NCBI GenBank assembly: GCA_951804945.1
Contig: OX638164.1
Coordinates: forward strand, 5,952,001-6,016,000
DNA from: Podarcis cretensis
Lineage: Eukaryota
DNA: 64,000 nucleotides
Direction of reading: 5' to 3'
Position 1 is the first letter of the stretch. Each line of letters opens with the position of its first letter. The notes beneath the pieces were generated by a model. That model ran no database searches. It was not told the origin of the DNA and saw only the letters and a program-made list of their open reading frames with translations. Positions 61,377 through 64,000 of the stretch are shown here, one piece after another. The position numbers were made by a program, and so were the translations under genes.

Positions 61377-61722
61377 GTAAATCTAACTTTTCTACAAATA
61401 GCCTGCACGCAGCTGAGCAGGGATGGAACCCATTCCATGTTTCTTGCAGAGGGAAGTGGGCAGCATCTAGTATTGTTAAGAATCAGCCCTAAAAGAGAAA
61501 ATCAACAAATGAATTCCAAAAGCAGCATTTCAGACGTGTTGACCTTTATGCTTTTCCTGACAATTCATCGCTCTGTCTTCCCCCTTTTTAATGGGGCAGG
61601 CTTTCCACTCAGTTTAGCAGAGTCGATGGCCATTCTTGAACAGTGGCTGCCCACAGGCAGGCAAGAATGCCTTTGCATAATCATGGATCTCTCATGCCTG
61701 CTTTCTCTTCCTCTTTGCTTAG

Positions 61723-61790
61723 GCTTGTGTTGTAAAACGTGAATTTAAGAAAGCCGAACAGTTAATAAAACATGCGGTGTATCTTGCACG
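61723..61790 (+). CDS. APPBP2: APPBP2 coding exon 7
   Basis: ACVVKREFKKAEQLIKHAVYLA(R), translated by hand. GCTTAG acceptor, CG|GTGAGT donor, 68 nt. Confidence 0.96.
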
Positions 61791-61869
61791 GTGAGTATAT
61801 GCCCCGTTTCCAAATGTTATTGCCTGCTGCATCTTCTTTGTGGTTCTAAGTTGTGTTCCTATCTTCCAG

Positions 61870-61975
61870 GGAGCACTTTGGAGCCAAACACCCAAAATAT
61901 TCAGACACCCTACTAGACTATGGGTTTTACTTACTCAACGTAGACAATATATGCCAGTCGGTTGCAATTTATCAG
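61870..61975 (+). CDS. APPBP2: APPBP2 coding exon 8
   Basis: EHFGAKHPKYSDTLLDYGFYLLNVDNICQSVAIYQ, translated by hand. TTCCAG acceptor, CAG|GTAAGG donor, 106 nt. Confidence 0.96.
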
Positions 61976-62539
61976 GTAAGGTCCTTTGCTGCGTCTGTGA
62001 TGCCTTTGGGATTCTATTAAGTGGTTTTGTTCATGTGTGTGTTTGTTTCTGCTCAGAATTCTTTACTGCAGGTGAAGTTTTGTTACCATACTTACTTTTC
62101 TCACCAAAGCAGATAAAATTTGCAGGCGTGGTAGCCCCATGGTAGCGGATTAATCCTGCCAGACTTCAGAAGGAAAGCTGTAGTGATCTTCCTGGAAGAA
62201 CAACCTTTGCAGTTTGGGGCGGTTAAAAGAGGATTCACTTAATCTCCTCTAGTGTTTTATGGGCAATTTTATGAAAATAGTAGAAGAAAAAAATAGCAGT
62301 ATCCCTTTGTAAGAAACCCGAAAAAGAGGTCCAGAGTGTTGTGGGTGGAGAACTAAGAGGGATTTGCATCCCTCCCCGTGGTTTTTGGGCACAAGTTTTA
62401 TTATTGAAATTGCTGGGAGTGCCCTAAAATTGAGATTTCTTGGGGGCGGATCTTTAGGGAGATTTCTTTAATAACAAGACCGAGCATCACTCCCTCCCCC
62501 TACCTGGCTCTTTTAGATCTATATGTAGATGTGGATAGA

Positions 62540-62800
62540 GATCTAAAAAAGAGATAAAGAACTCATTTGACACCTATTAACAGCAGCAAGAGCAACTAGC
62601 ACAGTTCTAGAAGACATTTGATTTAGACAACTTAGATTGCTGGTATTCAAAAAGTCTGGCAAATTGCTCTTCTAGAAACAATTTTCCATGAGTTGAAAGT
62701 ACTTGGCGGACATACTGCTAGAAACCATTCTTTTTGCATTATGGCACAACATTATTTTATTTACAAACAAAGAAGCCCATGGCCATATGGTCCCTCTGGT
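62540..62800 (+). mobile_element. Degenerate L1/Tx1 ORF2 C-terminal fragment (another on the minus strand at about 58200-58480)
   Basis: Hand translation DKELI.HLLTAAR...W..KVWQIALLE resembles the vertebrate L1 ORF2 C-terminus. Confidence 0.45.
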
Positions 62801-63271
62801 TTATTCCAAGATGTGGGCTTTGTGAAAGTATGTCTAGGCAGACAGATGATCTTTCTAACAAAAATAATAAGTTTATGACTTATATGGTACCAGAGAGGGC
62901 CATTGCTCAGGCACAGTTGGGGGGGTGCAGGGTGTTTTGAGCCACCCCATCCTTCTCAGCTGCCCTCCAGATGCAAGTTGCCCAAGAAGGACGCAGCAGC
63001 TCAGGCTCCCTGCGAGCCCAGCCTCATTTGCAAAAGCCTGGTGGTCCTCAGATAAAGGGTGGTATAGAAATTTAACAAATCATCATCATCATGATGTTTC
63101 CAATTAGATTTTACCCTTTGGCGACTTGTGTCGACAGCTGTGTGAGATACTACTTCAAATAATGCTTCTTCTGTCCCACACAAGCCATGCTTTTAAAAAT
63201 GTCTATGGCAGCTTCCGGATCCTAGCTAATTTAGCTGACTTGAATATTGTCTCTCACTCAAATTGTTTCAG

Positions 63272-63396
63272 ACCGCGCTAGACATCAGACAGTCAGTATT
63301 TGGGGGCAAAAACATCCATGTCGCAACAGCTCACGAAGACCTGGCTTACTCTTCCTACGTTCACCAGTACAGTTCTGGGAAGTTTGACAATGCACT
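63272..63396 (+). CDS. APPBP2: APPBP2 coding exon 9
   Basis: TALDIRQSVFGGKNIHVATAHEDLAYSSYVHQYSSGKFDNA(L), translated by hand. TTTCAG acceptor, CT|GTGAGT donor, 125 nt. The gene continues beyond the window. Confidence 0.96.
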
Positions 63397-64000
63397 GTGA
63401 GTACTCTGTTTACACTTTTTTGGACCCAAAGGTTTTCTTCTTGCGTAATGTAAAAAATATATATATTCAAATGTTTAAAAGCATGTGGTATAGTCTTGCT
63501 GGCCCTGTACCACTTCAGACCTCACTTGGGAGAGATTGCAAGTCAAGTCCATTCCCTTTGTTGCTGGCAAAGCTTTTTGTGGTTGCTGTTGTTGTTTGGA
63601 GAACATTTGGAGCCACCTGGGCTGCTGTGCTAGGAATGTCAACGTGTGTTTTATATTCTCTGTAAAACACTTTGAGGGTTTATTTACAGTTAAATGGTAT
63701 ATGAATGTGTTTTTTAAAATAAAAATAAAAATCAGTGTTCTAATACTGGAGATAGTAGATAGCCATCATGACTAGCAGCCATTGGTTGCCCTATGCTCTG
63801 TGAATTTGTCTAATCCCTCTTTTAATGCCATTGAAGTGGGAGGCCATCACTACTGCATCTTGAGCACCTGATCCTGTGCTTCTTACTGTTCCTCCCCCTT
63901 GGCCTTGTTAAAAGTATCTGGACTGTATTCTACTCTTTCCATGAGTTGGTACTGATACTCTGCAGTAATAAGCATGCATTTATTTACTTACAAAAAAGTT

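Overview
Eukaryotic genomic DNA from a squamate reptile, most likely a lacertid lizard (inferred from young Sauria/Squam1-type SINEs, Squam3-like SINEs and squamate-type MITEs). The window holds the 5' parts of two head-to-head genes. PPM1D (Wip1 phosphatase) is on the minus strand with coding exons 1-3 (22391-22760, 13779-14007, 5554-5678); exon 4 onward was not found and presumably lies left of the window. APPBP2 (PAT1, TPR substrate receptor of CRL2) is on the plus strand with coding exons 1-9 (32230-63396). All junctions are GT-AG and in frame. The start codons are about 9.5 kb apart, each gene has a CpG island, a third small orphan CpG-rich promoter-like element lies between them, and a 151-N assembly gap interrupts the APPBP2 promoter. 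The introns are dense in transposon relics. The most notable observations are: a 1.66 kb TSD-flanked, polyadenylated, ORF2-less L1-like element; a possible degraded gamma-type viral envelope (TM) relic; a tailless 5S rRNA retrocopy; a tRNA-Lys/CR1-tail SINE; inverted MITE/SINE pairs and perfect hairpins in both pre-mRNAs; a p53 response element in the PPM1D leader; and a NAGNAG acceptor at PPM1D exon 2. No prokaryotic systems or CRISPR arrays are present. Comparisons with human sequences are from memory and need checking; boundaries of old repeats are approximate.
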